Shown: positions 36,871-46,384, counted from the first letter of the stretch. The stretch is DNA of 64,000 nucleotides from Chloroflexota bacterium (GCA_049324115.1 JBMOMN010000036.1:3207-67206), one strand, 5' to 3'. Program-made: numbers and translations. Notes: a model not told the origin generated them from the letters alone.

Positions 36871-38172
36871 ATGGAAATGCAGAACATCACCCAGCAGGAG
36901 TTCCTGTCCAACTGGAAACCGAAATTCTTCACCATCTGGGGCGGGCAGGCGTTCTCGCTGGTTGGTTCGTCGCTGGTCCAGTTTGCCCTGGTCTGGTGGC
37001 TGACCCAACAGACCGGGTCGGCGACCATCCTCGCCACGGCCAGCCTGGTCGCCCTGCTGCCCCAGATCGTGCTCGGCCCCTTCGTCGGCGCGCTGGTGGA
37101 CCGTTGGAACCGCCGCGCCATCATGATCGTGGCCGATACGGCCATCGCCGCCGCGACCGTTGTGCTGATCCTGCTGTTCGCCACCGGCGTGGTGCAGGTC
37201 TGGCACATTTACGTCATCCTGTTCATCCGCTCGCTGGGAGGCGCCTTCCACGGCCCGGCCATGACCGCCTCCACGTCGCTGATGGTCCCCCACGAACACT
37301 TGACCCGCATCGCCGGGCTGAACCAGCTCCTGCAAGGGTTTATGAGCATTTTTGCCCCACCGCTGGGTGCGCTGTTGATCAGTTTCCTGCCGACCCAGGG
37401 CGTGCTGGCGATTGACATCGGCACGGCCGCCATCGCTGTTCTCCCCCTCCTGTTCATCCCCATCCCCCAACCCTCGAAGCAAGTCGCGAAGGAAAACGGG
37501 AGTGCGCCCAAGACCTCCTACTGGCAGGATTTGGGGGCCGGGTTCACCTACGTGGTCAACTGGCCGGGGCTTCTCGGACTGGTGCTGCTGGCCATGCTGC
37601 TCAACTTCCTGCTCAGCCCGAGCAGTTCCCTGCTCCCGCTCCTGGTCATGCAGGAATTCGGAGGCGGCGCGCCCGAACTGGGCTGGGTCGAATCGCTCTT
37701 CGGGGTCGGGATCATCTTGGGCGGGTTGACCCTCAGCGCCTGGGGCGGGTTCAAACGGCGGATCGTCACCTCCTTCATGGGGATCATCGGTCTCGGGATC
37801 GGCGTGATCCTGACCGGCCTGACCCCGGCCAATATGTTCTGGCTGCTGCTGGCAGCGAGCTTCCTGATCGGCGCGGGACAGGTGATGGCCAACGGCCCGA
37901 TGGGAGCCATCTTCCAGTCCACGATCGAACCGGAATTCCAGGGACGGGTCTTCTCGCTGATCGGGGCGGGAGCCATGGCGATGATGCCGCTCAGCCTGTT
38001 GATCGCCGGCCCGACCTCCGACTGGCTGGGGGTGCGGGTCTGGTACGTTTTCGGCGGGGTGGTCTGCATCCTGGCGACGGTGATATCACTCTTTATCCCA
38101 TCCATCATGAACATCGAGCAGAACAAGCACGGAGAGCCGGTCCCTGAAGCGGAACCGGCCCCCGCAGATTAA
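36871..38172 (+). CDS. MFS transporter (EntS/DUF894-like)
   Basis: 433 aa, 12 TM helices, with GALVDRWNRR in loop 2-3. Confidence 0.8.
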   Translation: MEMQNITQQEFLSNWKPKFFTIWGGQAFSLVGSSLVQFALVWWLTQQTGSATILATASLVALLPQIVLGPFVGALVDRWNRRAIMIVADTAIAAATVVLILLFATGVVQVWHIYVILFIRSLGGAFHGPAMTASTSLMVPHEHLTRIAGLNQLLQGFMSIFAPPLGALLISFLPTQGVLAIDIGTAAIAVLPLLFIPIPQPSKQVAKENGSAPKTSYWQDLGAGFTYVVNWPGLLGLVLLAMLLNFLLSPSSSLLPLLVMQEFGGGAPELGWVESLFGVGIILGGLTLSAWGGFKRRIVTSFMGIIGLGIGVILTGLTPANMFWLLLAASFLIGAGQVMANGPMGAIFQSTIEPEFQGRVFSLIGAGAMAMMPLSLLIAGPTSDWLGVRVWYVFGGVVCILATVISLFIPSIMNIEQNKHGEPVPEAEPAPAD

Positions 38173-38177
38173 GAAAA

Positions 38178-38198
38178 AAGCCCCCGCAATGGGGGCTT
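38178..38198. terminator. Bidirectional intrinsic terminator
   Basis: AAGCCCCC-gcaat-GGGGGCTT, flanked by an A-run upstream and a T-rich tract downstream. It sits between the convergent MFS (+) and 57-heme cytochrome (-) genes. Confidence 0.7.
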
Positions 38199-38232
38199 CT
38201 TCTTTGAGGGAGGCTTTTCAAACGTCTCAAAA

Positions 38233-41200
38233 TCAGTCTTCCCTGCCGGTCGGGTGACAGCTCAGGCAATCGCTGAAATCATCAATGCCCTCCTCGCGAT
38301 GCTTATTGGCTACCTCGCTCTGGTCGTGGCAGGTGTAGCAAGTCCAGCTTGAAAGGGTGCTCGGGTGGCAGTCACGGCAGGCATTCGCATCCCCGTGATT
38401 CGTCGGGAACGTGTGCGGACCCGTGAAACTGGCCGGCCGCCAAGCGGTGGTCGTGTGGCAGGAGGCGCAGTCCGTGCCGAACAGGCCCAGATGGAAAGCC
38501 GGGTCGGCGTGACAGGCCGAGCAGGCTGTGGGTGTGCCGTCGAACACGCCGTTGGCGTGGCATTGCTCGCAGGCCACGCTGACGTGCGCCCCGGTCAACG
38601 GGAAGGCCGAAAGGTTGTGGTCGAATGTGGCCGGTTTCCAGGCGGTGGTCGAGTGGCAGACTCCGCAGTTCGTGCCGTATTTGCCGCCGTGGCGGTCGTT
38701 ATCGGCGTGGCAGGCATAGCACAATGTCGGCGTTCCCTTGAATTTGAGATCGGTATGACATTCGGCGCAGGGCAGGCTGATATGCGCGCCGGTCAGCGGA
38801 AAGATGGAATTGTTGTGGTTGAAGGTGGACGATTCCCAGCCGCTGGTGGTGTGGCAGCTTTCGCAAGCCGTTCCGAGCGCGCCGCTGTGTGGATCGTCCA
38901 GGGTGTGGCAGGCGGAGCAAATCCTGGGCGTGCCTTTGAAGACCTGGTTGACGTGGCACTGGTCGCACTGGACCAGCGTATGTTTCCCGGTCAGCGGGAA
39001 AGCTGATTGGTTGTGATCGAATGAGGCGGGTTTCCAGCCGTTGGGGGTATGGCAGGTGGCGCAGAGCGTCCCCAACGCGCCGGCATGGGCGTCGTCGTCC
39101 AGGTGACAGGAGGCGCAGTCGGTGGGCGTGCCATCGAAGACCCCGTTGACGTGACAGCTTTCGCAGGCGACCGTGGCGTGCTTGCCCAACAACTGGAAGG
39201 CGAATTTGGAATGGTCCACCTGGGCCAGTTCCCAGCCGCCCGGCGTATGGCAGGACTCGCACTGGGTCCCGAAGGAACCGGCGTGGGCGTCGTCGTCCAG
39301 GTGACAGGAGACGCAGTCGGTCGGCGTGCCGTCGAAGACGCCGTTGACGTGGCAGGTCTCGCAGGCGACCGTGGTGTGTTTGCCTTCGAGCGGGAAGGCG
39401 AATTGGGAGTGGTCCACCTGGGCCAGTTCCCAGCCGTCGGGCGTGTGGCAGGACTCGCACTGGGTCCCGAAGGAACCGCCGTGGGCGTCATCGTCGAGAT
39501 GGCAGGAGACGCATTCGGTCGGCGTGCCGTCGAAGACCCCGTTGACGTGGCAGCTTTCGCAGGCGACCGAGGTGTGTTTGCCTTCGAGCGGGAAGGCGAA
39601 TTGGGAGTGGTCCACCTGGGCCAATTCCCAGCCATCGGGCGTGTGGCAGGACCCGCACTGGGTCCCGAACCCGCCGGCATGGGCGTCATCGTCGAGATGG
39701 CAGGAGACGCATTCGGTCGGCGTGCCGTCGAAGACCCCGTTTACGTGGCAGCTTTCGCAGGCGACGTTCCCGTGGCGGCCAAGCAACTGGAAGTCAAATT
39801 TGGAGTGGTCCACGCGGGCGAGTTCCCAGCCTTCGGGAGAATGGCATGCTCCGCAATCGGCGCCGAACTGGCCGTTGTGACGGTCGTCGTCCAGGTGGCA
39901 GGCCGAGCAATTCTGCGGGGCGGAGCGCAAGTCGTCCAGGGTGCGGGCGCCGAGGTGGCAGCGGAAGCAGGCCAACCCGTCGTGTTGGCCCGCCAACGGG
40001 AACGGGACCAGGCCATGGTCGAAGTTCGAGCCGTGCGAATCCAGCCCGTCGTGGCAGGCCAGGCAATCCGTCCAGAAGGTCAGGATGTGGGCCTGGGTGA
40101 ACATGAAGTCCACAGCGAGGTGACAGGTGGCGCAGGCCAATTGGTTGAAGGGTGGGGCATAGCCGGACGTATGGCAATCCTGGCAGGCGAAGGCCGAACC
40201 GTCGGCCTGGGTCTGGTGGGCTTTCAGCGAAAAGGCCAGGGTTTCGTGGTCGAAGTTGGCGGGTTTCCAGCCGGAGGGGGTATGGCATACGCCGCACTGG
40301 TCGCCCAGGCCGCCGTCGTGGGCATCGTCCTGGAGATGACAGGCGCTGCAAACCGTCGGCGTGCCCTTGAAGATCCCCCCGGCATGGCAGCTTTCGCAGG
40401 CGGCCAGGGCGTGCTGCCCTTCGAGCGGGAAGGCGAACGTGGAGTGGTCCACCTGGGCCAGTTCCCAGCCGTCGGGGGTGTGGCAGACGGCGCAGTCGGT
40501 CCCGAACCCGCCGTTGTGCTGGTCGTCACCCGAATGACAGGCGAAACAAGCTGTCGGGGTGATGGTGTACCTGCCGTCGGCGTGGCAGCTCCCGCAGGCG
40601 ACCGCGGCGTGTTTGCCCGTCAGCTTGAAATCTGCCGAATTGTGGTCGAAGCTGGCCGGTTTCCAGGCGGTCGTTGAATGGCAGGTGGAGCAATCCACGT
40701 CGAACGTCCCGGCGTGGAAGTCGTCCTTCTGGTGGCAGACGCGGCATTCCTGCGGCGCGGCGCGCAGGTCGGCCAGGCTGCGGGCGCCGAAATGGCAGCG
40801 GGAACAGGACGCCTGGGCGTGACTCCCGGTCAGCTGGAAGGCGACCGCGTTGTGGTCGAAGGCCGCGCCGTGCGAGTCCAGCCCGTCGTGGCAGGCCAGG
40901 CAGTTGGTGCGGAAGTCGGAGATGTGCTGCTGGGTGAAGGCTAGGTCCACCTCGAAGTGGCAATCGGCGCAGGAGGTCTGGTTGAACGGCGGGGCGTAGC
41001 CCGTGACGTGGCAGTCCCGGCAGGCATACGCGGATCCGTCGGGTTTGGCGGTGTGGGCGGCCAGGGAGAAGCTGGTGGTGTTGTGGTCGAAAGGCGCGGC
41101 GGGACTCCAACCCTGGGGCGTGTGACAGGTCCCGCACTGGCTGCCGAGCGACCCGGCGTGGCCGTCGTCCTGGGCGTGGCAGGAGACGCAGTCCATCGGC

Positions 41201-42318
41201 GTCCCCTTGAAAACTCCCCCGGCGTGACAGCTTTCACAGGCAAGGTTGGCGTGTTTGCCCTCGAGCGGGAAGGCGAACTGCGAATGGTCCACGGCCCGTT
41301 CCCAGCCTTCGGGCGTATGGCAGGCCCCGCAATCGGGGCCGAAAGCGCCGTCGTGCTTGTCATCCTGCGCGTGACAGGCAACGCAATCGGACGGGATTCC
41401 CCGGTAAACGTGATTGACGTGACAGGCCTCGCAGGCTACGGCTTCGTGCTTGCCGACCAGTTTGAAATCCGCCAGGTTGTGGTCGAACTGGGCCGATTTG
41501 GTCCAGCCGTTGGGGGTATGGCACATCCCGCACTTCACGCCGAAACGGCCTTCGTGGGGATCGTCGGCCAGGTGGCAGGCGGAACATTCCTGCGGGGCGG
41601 CGCGCAGATTGTCGAGGTTGCGGGCGTTGACGTGGCAGCCGCCGCAGGGAGTCAGGATGTGAAGTCCGGTCAGGGGGAATGGGACCAGGCCATGGTCGAA
41701 GGCCGCTCCGTAGGTGTCCAGCCCGTCGTGGCAGGCCAGGCAATCCGTCCAGAAGGTCAGGATGTGCTCCTCGGCAGCCACAGGGCTGATCGAAAGGTGG
41801 CAGTTGGCGCAGTCCCGCTGGTTGTAGGGAGGGGTATATCCGGCAGAGTGGCAATCCCGGCATTCGAAGGGAGTGCCGTCGAGGCGCAGCCGGTGGGCAT
41901 CCAGCGAAAAACCGAGCATCTCGTGGGGATTCCAGCCAGGCGGCATTTCGGTCAGGGAGGCCTCCGGCCCGTGATGCTCGGTGTGGCAGGCCAGGCAGTT
42001 GAGGTCCGGCTGGCTGAAGCGGACCAGGCTGTGCAGGCTGTTCGGCTGCTGGAGTTCTTCGCGGGTGTTCGTGTGGCAGTCCAGGCACCGCTCCCCCATC
42101 GTTTCGGTGCTCCAGGGGGCAGCGTGGCAACTCGAACATTCCTGGATCTGGTTGTGCGCGATGACGTTCCCCAGAGGCGGGCCGGCCTTGGCGCTCAAAT
42201 TACCGGGACTGAAAATTGCATTGTCTCCGGCAAAAGCGATACCGCTGATCGCAATGAAGCTGATGGCGGTAACAATGATCGAGTTAATCGAAAAGAAACC
42301 CTTGCGCCACGCCAGCAT
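38233..42318 (-). CDS. Giant membrane-anchored multiheme c-type cytochrome (about 57 CxxCH)
   Basis: 1361 aa with an N-terminal hydrophobic anchor/signal. I counted 57 CxxCH motifs by hand. The paired-CxxCH module CxxCH..DD.H.G.FG..C..CH...GW is repeated throughout. Confidence 0.92.
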   Translation of the reverse strand: MLAWRKGFFSINSIIVTAISFIAISGIAFAGDNAIFSPGNLSAKAGPPLGNVIAHNQIQECSSCHAAPWSTETMGERCLDCHTNTREELQQPNSLHSLVRFSQPDLNCLACHTEHHGPEASLTEMPPGWNPHEMLGFSLDAHRLRLDGTPFECRDCHSAGYTPPYNQRDCANCHLSISPVAAEEHILTFWTDCLACHDGLDTYGAAFDHGLVPFPLTGLHILTPCGGCHVNARNLDNLRAAPQECSACHLADDPHEGRFGVKCGMCHTPNGWTKSAQFDHNLADFKLVGKHEAVACEACHVNHVYRGIPSDCVACHAQDDKHDGAFGPDCGACHTPEGWERAVDHSQFAFPLEGKHANLACESCHAGGVFKGTPMDCVSCHAQDDGHAGSLGSQCGTCHTPQGWSPAAPFDHNTTSFSLAAHTAKPDGSAYACRDCHVTGYAPPFNQTSCADCHFEVDLAFTQQHISDFRTNCLACHDGLDSHGAAFDHNAVAFQLTGSHAQASCSRCHFGARSLADLRAAPQECRVCHQKDDFHAGTFDVDCSTCHSTTAWKPASFDHNSADFKLTGKHAAVACGSCHADGRYTITPTACFACHSGDDQHNGGFGTDCAVCHTPDGWELAQVDHSTFAFPLEGQHALAACESCHAGGIFKGTPTVCSACHLQDDAHDGGLGDQCGVCHTPSGWKPANFDHETLAFSLKAHQTQADGSAFACQDCHTSGYAPPFNQLACATCHLAVDFMFTQAHILTFWTDCLACHDGLDSHGSNFDHGLVPFPLAGQHDGLACFRCHLGARTLDDLRSAPQNCSACHLDDDRHNGQFGADCGACHSPEGWELARVDHSKFDFQLLGRHGNVACESCHVNGVFDGTPTECVSCHLDDDAHAGGFGTQCGSCHTPDGWELAQVDHSQFAFPLEGKHTSVACESCHVNGVFDGTPTECVSCHLDDDAHGGSFGTQCESCHTPDGWELAQVDHSQFAFPLEGKHTTVACETCHVNGVFDGTPTDCVSCHLDDDAHAGSFGTQCESCHTPGGWELAQVDHSKFAFQLLGKHATVACESCHVNGVFDGTPTDCASCHLDDDAHAGALGTLCATCHTPNGWKPASFDHNQSAFPLTGKHTLVQCDQCHVNQVFKGTPRICSACHTLDDPHSGALGTACESCHTTSGWESSTFNHNNSIFPLTGAHISLPCAECHTDLKFKGTPTLCYACHADNDRHGGKYGTNCGVCHSTTAWKPATFDHNLSAFPLTGAHVSVACEQCHANGVFDGTPTACSACHADPAFHLGLFGTDCASCHTTTAWRPASFTGPHTFPTNHGDANACRDCHPSTLSSWTCYTCHDQSEVANKHREEGIDDFSDCLSCHPTGRED

Positions 42319-42412
42319 GAAGCCTCTCCTCGTCCAAAATTCATGCTTATTTTCACCAACATTATCAACTTTTATTGGACAACGTGTATGTCAGTTGCAT
42401 TGCAATATCAAA

Positions 42413-42433
42413 AAGCCCCCGTTGCGGGGGCTT
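42413..42433 (-). terminator. Hairpin/terminator between the 18-heme and 57-heme genes
   Basis: On the minus strand: AAGCCCCC-gcaac-GGGGGCTT followed by TTTGA. Confidence 0.5.
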
Positions 42434-42458
42434 CCGAATCTCTAGCAGCGAACGGTCG

Positions 42459-43904
42459 TCAATCGCCGCCTTCTTCTTCCCGGCCGGTGGGATGGCAGCG
42501 CAGGCAGTCTTCGAAATTGCCGATGCCTTCTTCGCGGTGTTCGCGGGCCGTTTCGCCCTGGTCGTGACAGGTGTAGCAGGTCCAGGTGTCGAGGGCCGAG
42601 GGGTGACAGTCGCGGCAGGTCTCGGCCCCTTCGTGGTTGACCGGGAACGGGTGCGAAGCGTTGTATTGGGCAGGCTGCCAGGCCGTGGTGGAATGGCAGG
42701 ATTGGCAATCCGTACCGAACAGGCCGGCATGATAAAGCGGGTCTTCGTGGCAGGAGACGCAGGCCGTGGCCGTCCCCTTGAATGTCTCGTTGACGTGGCA
42801 TTCTTCGCACTCCACCCGGGCGTGCGCCCCGGTCAGCGGGAAGTTGGAGCGGTCGTGGTCGAAAGTAGCCTCTTCCCAGTCTGACGGGTTGTGGCACGCG
42901 CCGCAGTCATCGCCGAACCGGCCGCCGTGTTCGTCATCGCCGCGGTGACAGTCCACGCAGGCCTGCGGCGTGCCCTTGTAGATGTCGTTGACATGGCACT
43001 CTTCGCACCTCACCTCGCGATGTTCGCCTTCGAGCTTGAAGGCGGACAGGTCGTGGTCGAAGGTGGCGGGGGTCCAGCCGTCTGGCGAGTGGCACTGGCC
43101 GCAGTCCTGGCCGAAGCGGGACTGGTGGGCGTCGTCTTTCAGGTGGCAGGCGGAACATTCCCGCGGGGTGTTCTTCAGGTCGTTCGAGGTGCGGGCGTCC
43201 AGGTGGCAGGCGGAGCACAGGGCCTCGTTGTGTTTGCCGGTCAGGGGGTAGCCGGTCGTGATGTGGCTGAATCCGCTCCCGTAGGTATCCAGCCCATCGT
43301 GGCAGGCCAGGCAGCCGGTCCCGACCCAGAGCAGGTGGGTTTGGGTGTAGACCGGGTCCATTTGACGGTGGCAGTCCTCGCACGCGCCGGCCTCGAAGAC
43401 GGTGATGTCGTCCGCATGGCAATCGGCACAGGTGAAGTCCTGCCCGTCCGAGCGTTGCGCGTGCCCCTTGAGGGAATAGCCCAGCATTTCGTGCGGAAAG
43501 CCCTCGCTGGTCAATTCGGTCAGGGAAGCCTGCGCCCCGCGGTGTTCGGGGTGGCATTCCCGGCATTGGATGTTCTGGTTTTTCTGGAGCATCGCGCCGT
43601 GCAGGCCGCTTGTTCCGGCGACCTGCACCGAAATGCCGGAGTGGCACTCGACACACAGGTCGTTCATTCGGCTGGTGGCCCAAAAAGCGGGGTGGCAGCG
43701 GCTACATTCTTTGGCGAGGGACGCGTGGGTATTCACCCCGCCCAGGGTCTCGCCCGGCTGGGCGTTCAGTTCCCCGGGGTTGAACATCAGCCCGCCCCTG
43801 GCAAGAGCCAGGATGGTGATGACTGCCAGCGTGACCGTAGTCGCGATCAACGCCGTGCCGGATATACACCCCAATCGCCTGCGTTCCTGCATAGTTGCCT
43901 CCAA
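42459..43904 (-). CDS. Membrane-anchored multiheme c-type cytochrome (18 CxxCH)
   Basis: 481 aa with an N-terminal TM segment. I counted 18 CxxCH motifs by hand. It uses the same module family as its neighbours. Confidence 0.92.
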   Translation of the reverse strand: MEATMQERRRLGCISGTALIATTVTLAVITILALARGGLMFNPGELNAQPGETLGGVNTHASLAKECSRCHPAFWATSRMNDLCVECHSGISVQVAGTSGLHGAMLQKNQNIQCRECHPEHRGAQASLTELTSEGFPHEMLGYSLKGHAQRSDGQDFTCADCHADDITVFEAGACEDCHRQMDPVYTQTHLLWVGTGCLACHDGLDTYGSGFSHITTGYPLTGKHNEALCSACHLDARTSNDLKNTPRECSACHLKDDAHQSRFGQDCGQCHSPDGWTPATFDHDLSAFKLEGEHREVRCEECHVNDIYKGTPQACVDCHRGDDEHGGRFGDDCGACHNPSDWEEATFDHDRSNFPLTGAHARVECEECHVNETFKGTATACVSCHEDPLYHAGLFGTDCQSCHSTTAWQPAQYNASHPFPVNHEGAETCRDCHPSALDTWTCYTCHDQGETAREHREEGIGNFEDCLRCHPTGREEEGGD

Positions 43905-44079
43905 GTTGATGGCAGGGCGCCCGCAATGACCTCTAAAGTATGGAGTCTGAATCCTGGATCTGCCCCACCGTTAAATCATACCAACATTTTCAAAAGTTAC
44001 AAACAGGCTTCGCTGCAAGCCGGTTCGATGAGGCGTCGCGCGGCGGGTGAGGCCGGCACCGCCTGGATAAATACCCGGC

Positions 44080-44108
44080 GAGCAGGGCTGCCTCGCGCAG
44101 CCCTGCTC
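44080..44108 (-). other. 12-bp-stem GC hairpin in the 240-bp spacer between the 30-heme and 18-heme genes
   Basis: GAGCAGGGCTGC-ctcgc-GCAGCCCTGCTC. There is no clear U-tract, so it could be an attenuator or an RNA-processing/stability element. Confidence 0.4.
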
Positions 44109-44143
44109 ATCAGTGTGACCGAACTTGCCGGGCCAGGCCGGGG

Positions 44144-46351
44144 TTAATCCCAACCTTTGGGGTTATGGCATTTGCCGCAATTGGTGCCCTTCTTGCCGTT
44201 GTGCTCGTCGTCGTTCTTGTGACAGGCGTAGCAGTCGTTCGGGGTGCCCTGGAACTTGCCGTTCTTATGGCATTTTTCACAGGAGGCCTTGGCGTGCTTG
44301 CCTTCCAACGGGAAGCCGGTCTTGTTGTGGTTGAAGTTGGTGTCGCCCCAGCCGGACGGGTTGTGACATTGGCCGCAGTTCGTGCCGTTATTGCCTTTGT
44401 GCTTGTCGTCGTTCTTGTGACAGGCATAGCAGATCATCGGCGTGCCGGCGAATTTGCCATTCTTATGACAACTATCGCACTTGACCTTGGCGTGCTTGCC
44501 ATCCAGTGGGAATTTGGTCTTGTTGTGGTTGAAATTAGCCCCACCCCAGCCGTTGGGGCTGTGGCAGGAGGCGCAGTTGGTCCCGAACTGGCCTTTGTGT
44601 TTGTCGTCGCCCTTGTGGCAGGCGTAACAGTTCTGGGGCGTGCCCTGGAACTTGCCGCCGGAATGGCATTTTTCGCAGGCGACTTTTGCGTGTTTCCCGA
44701 CCAACGGGAAGGAGGACTTGCTGTGGTCGAAGGTCGCGTCGCTCCAGCGGGTTGGCTTGTGGCAGGCTCCGCAGTCGGTACCGTTCGCGCCTTTGTGCTT
44801 GTCGTCCTGCTTGTGGCAGGCGTAGCAGGTCTGCGGCGTGCCCTTGAATTTGCCGCCAACGTGACACTTCTCGCAGGCTACGTTGGCATGTGAGCCAACC
44901 AGTGGGAACCCAGACTTGTTGTGGTCGAAGGTCGCGTCGCTCCAACGGGTCGGCTTGTGGCAGGTTCCACAGTCCGTGCCGAACTGGCCATTGTGCTTGT
45001 CTTCCTGCTTGTGGCAGGCGTAACAGGTCTGCGGTGTGCCCTTGAACTTGCCGCCAACGTGGCATTTTTCGCAGGCTACATTGGTGTGTGAGCCAACCAG
45101 CGGGAATCCCGACTTGTTGTGGTCGAAAGTCGCGCCCTTCCAGGTGGATGTGCTGTGACAGGTCCCACAGTCCTTGCCGAACTGGCCGTTATGGTTGTCG
45201 TCCTTTTGGTGACAGGAATAACAGTCCTTGGGCGTGCCCTGGAAGACGTTGTTCTTGTGACAGTCCTCGCACTGAACGCTTTGGTGGGCGCCGGTCAGCT
45301 TGAAAGCGGCCAGGTTGTGGTCGAAATCCACGTCGCCCCAGCCGGAGGGGTTGTGGCAGGCGCTACAGTCGGCGCCGAAACGCCCGTCGTGTTTATCCTT
45401 CTCTTTATGGCACGAGAAACAGTCCGCCGGTGTGCCCTGGTAAACGCCGTTGACGTGGCAGTCTTCGCAGGCTACATCCGCGTGTTTCCCTTCCAGTTTG
45501 AAGACGACCAGGCTGTGGTCGAAGTCGGCGGGTTTCCAGCCGTCGGTGGTGTGACAGCCCTCGCAGGAGGCCCCGAACCGCCCGGCGTGGGGATCGTTGT
45601 CGAGGTGGCAGCCGGCGCAGTCGGTGGGGGTGTTCTGCAAATCGTCGGCGGAATGGGCGTCAATGTGACAGGTGGAGCACAGGACCTCTGTATGTTTGCC
45701 GGTCAGTCCGAAATCGGTGTTTTGGTGGTCGAACGTATCGCCGTAGCTGTCAACCCCGTCGTGGCAGGCCCGGCAGTCGGTCCCGACCCAGAGAATGTGG
45801 GCCTGGGTGAAGACCACGTCCATTTGACGGTGGCAGGTCTCGCAGTTCGCGGGATCGAAGACGGAGATATCCTGCCCGTGACAATCCGAGCATTCGAAGC
45901 GGTTCCCGTCGGATCGGGTGGTATGTCCCTTCAACGAAAAGCCGAGGGCGGTGTGCGGGAAGGTCTCGATGTCCAGGATGGTGAGCGGCGCCTCGGCCCC
46001 CTGGTGTTCGGGGTGGCAGTTCCGGCATTCGAAGCTGGCATCCGCATTTTGGATCGCGCCGTGCATCGAACTCAGGTCCGCCGTTTGTTCGAGAATATCC
46101 GTGTGGCAGTCCATACAGCGGGCCGACATCTTCTTGAACGACCAGATCGGCGCGTGACAAAGTCCGCACTCGCCGCCCGTCTCGGCATGGGAGGTAAAAC
46201 CGCCGAGCGCGGGGCCGGCCTGGGCATTCAACGGGCCTGGGCTGAACATGGAATTACCGCTTAACAATGTCAGCCCGACAATCGCCGTGATCGTGATGAT
46301 CGCAGCAACCGATGCCGATGCAGTAAAACAGCCTAAACCATTGCTACGCAT
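44144..46351 (-). CDS. Membrane-anchored multiheme c-type cytochrome (30 CxxCH)
   Basis: 735 aa with an N-terminal TM segment. I counted 30 CxxCH motifs by hand. The C-terminal modules are Lys-rich. Confidence 0.92.
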   Translation of the reverse strand: MRSNGLGCFTASASVAAIITITAIVGLTLLSGNSMFSPGPLNAQAGPALGGFTSHAETGGECGLCHAPIWSFKKMSARCMDCHTDILEQTADLSSMHGAIQNADASFECRNCHPEHQGAEAPLTILDIETFPHTALGFSLKGHTTRSDGNRFECSDCHGQDISVFDPANCETCHRQMDVVFTQAHILWVGTDCRACHDGVDSYGDTFDHQNTDFGLTGKHTEVLCSTCHIDAHSADDLQNTPTDCAGCHLDNDPHAGRFGASCEGCHTTDGWKPADFDHSLVVFKLEGKHADVACEDCHVNGVYQGTPADCFSCHKEKDKHDGRFGADCSACHNPSGWGDVDFDHNLAAFKLTGAHQSVQCEDCHKNNVFQGTPKDCYSCHQKDDNHNGQFGKDCGTCHSTSTWKGATFDHNKSGFPLVGSHTNVACEKCHVGGKFKGTPQTCYACHKQEDKHNGQFGTDCGTCHKPTRWSDATFDHNKSGFPLVGSHANVACEKCHVGGKFKGTPQTCYACHKQDDKHKGANGTDCGACHKPTRWSDATFDHSKSSFPLVGKHAKVACEKCHSGGKFQGTPQNCYACHKGDDKHKGQFGTNCASCHSPNGWGGANFNHNKTKFPLDGKHAKVKCDSCHKNGKFAGTPMICYACHKNDDKHKGNNGTNCGQCHNPSGWGDTNFNHNKTGFPLEGKHAKASCEKCHKNGKFQGTPNDCYACHKNDDEHNGKKGTNCGKCHNPKGWD

Positions 46352-46384
46352 GGTAGCCTCCTGATACCTCTAAGGTTAGGGTGA

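Noticed and set aside
38365-46264. Long plus-strand ORFs antisense to the cytochrome genes (for example 39049-40677, 40957-42567, 42891-44147, 45119-46264).
   Set aside because: These are Gly/Ala/Val/Arg-rich translations typical of antisense frames in GC-rich DNA. They fully overlap strongly supported CxxCH-rich genes on the minus strand.
43830-46340. LGC tripeptides near the N-termini of the 18- and 30-heme cytochromes, considered as possible lipoboxes.
   Set aside because: The Cys precedes the hydrophobic segment rather than following it. The segment is more consistent with an uncleaved signal anchor.
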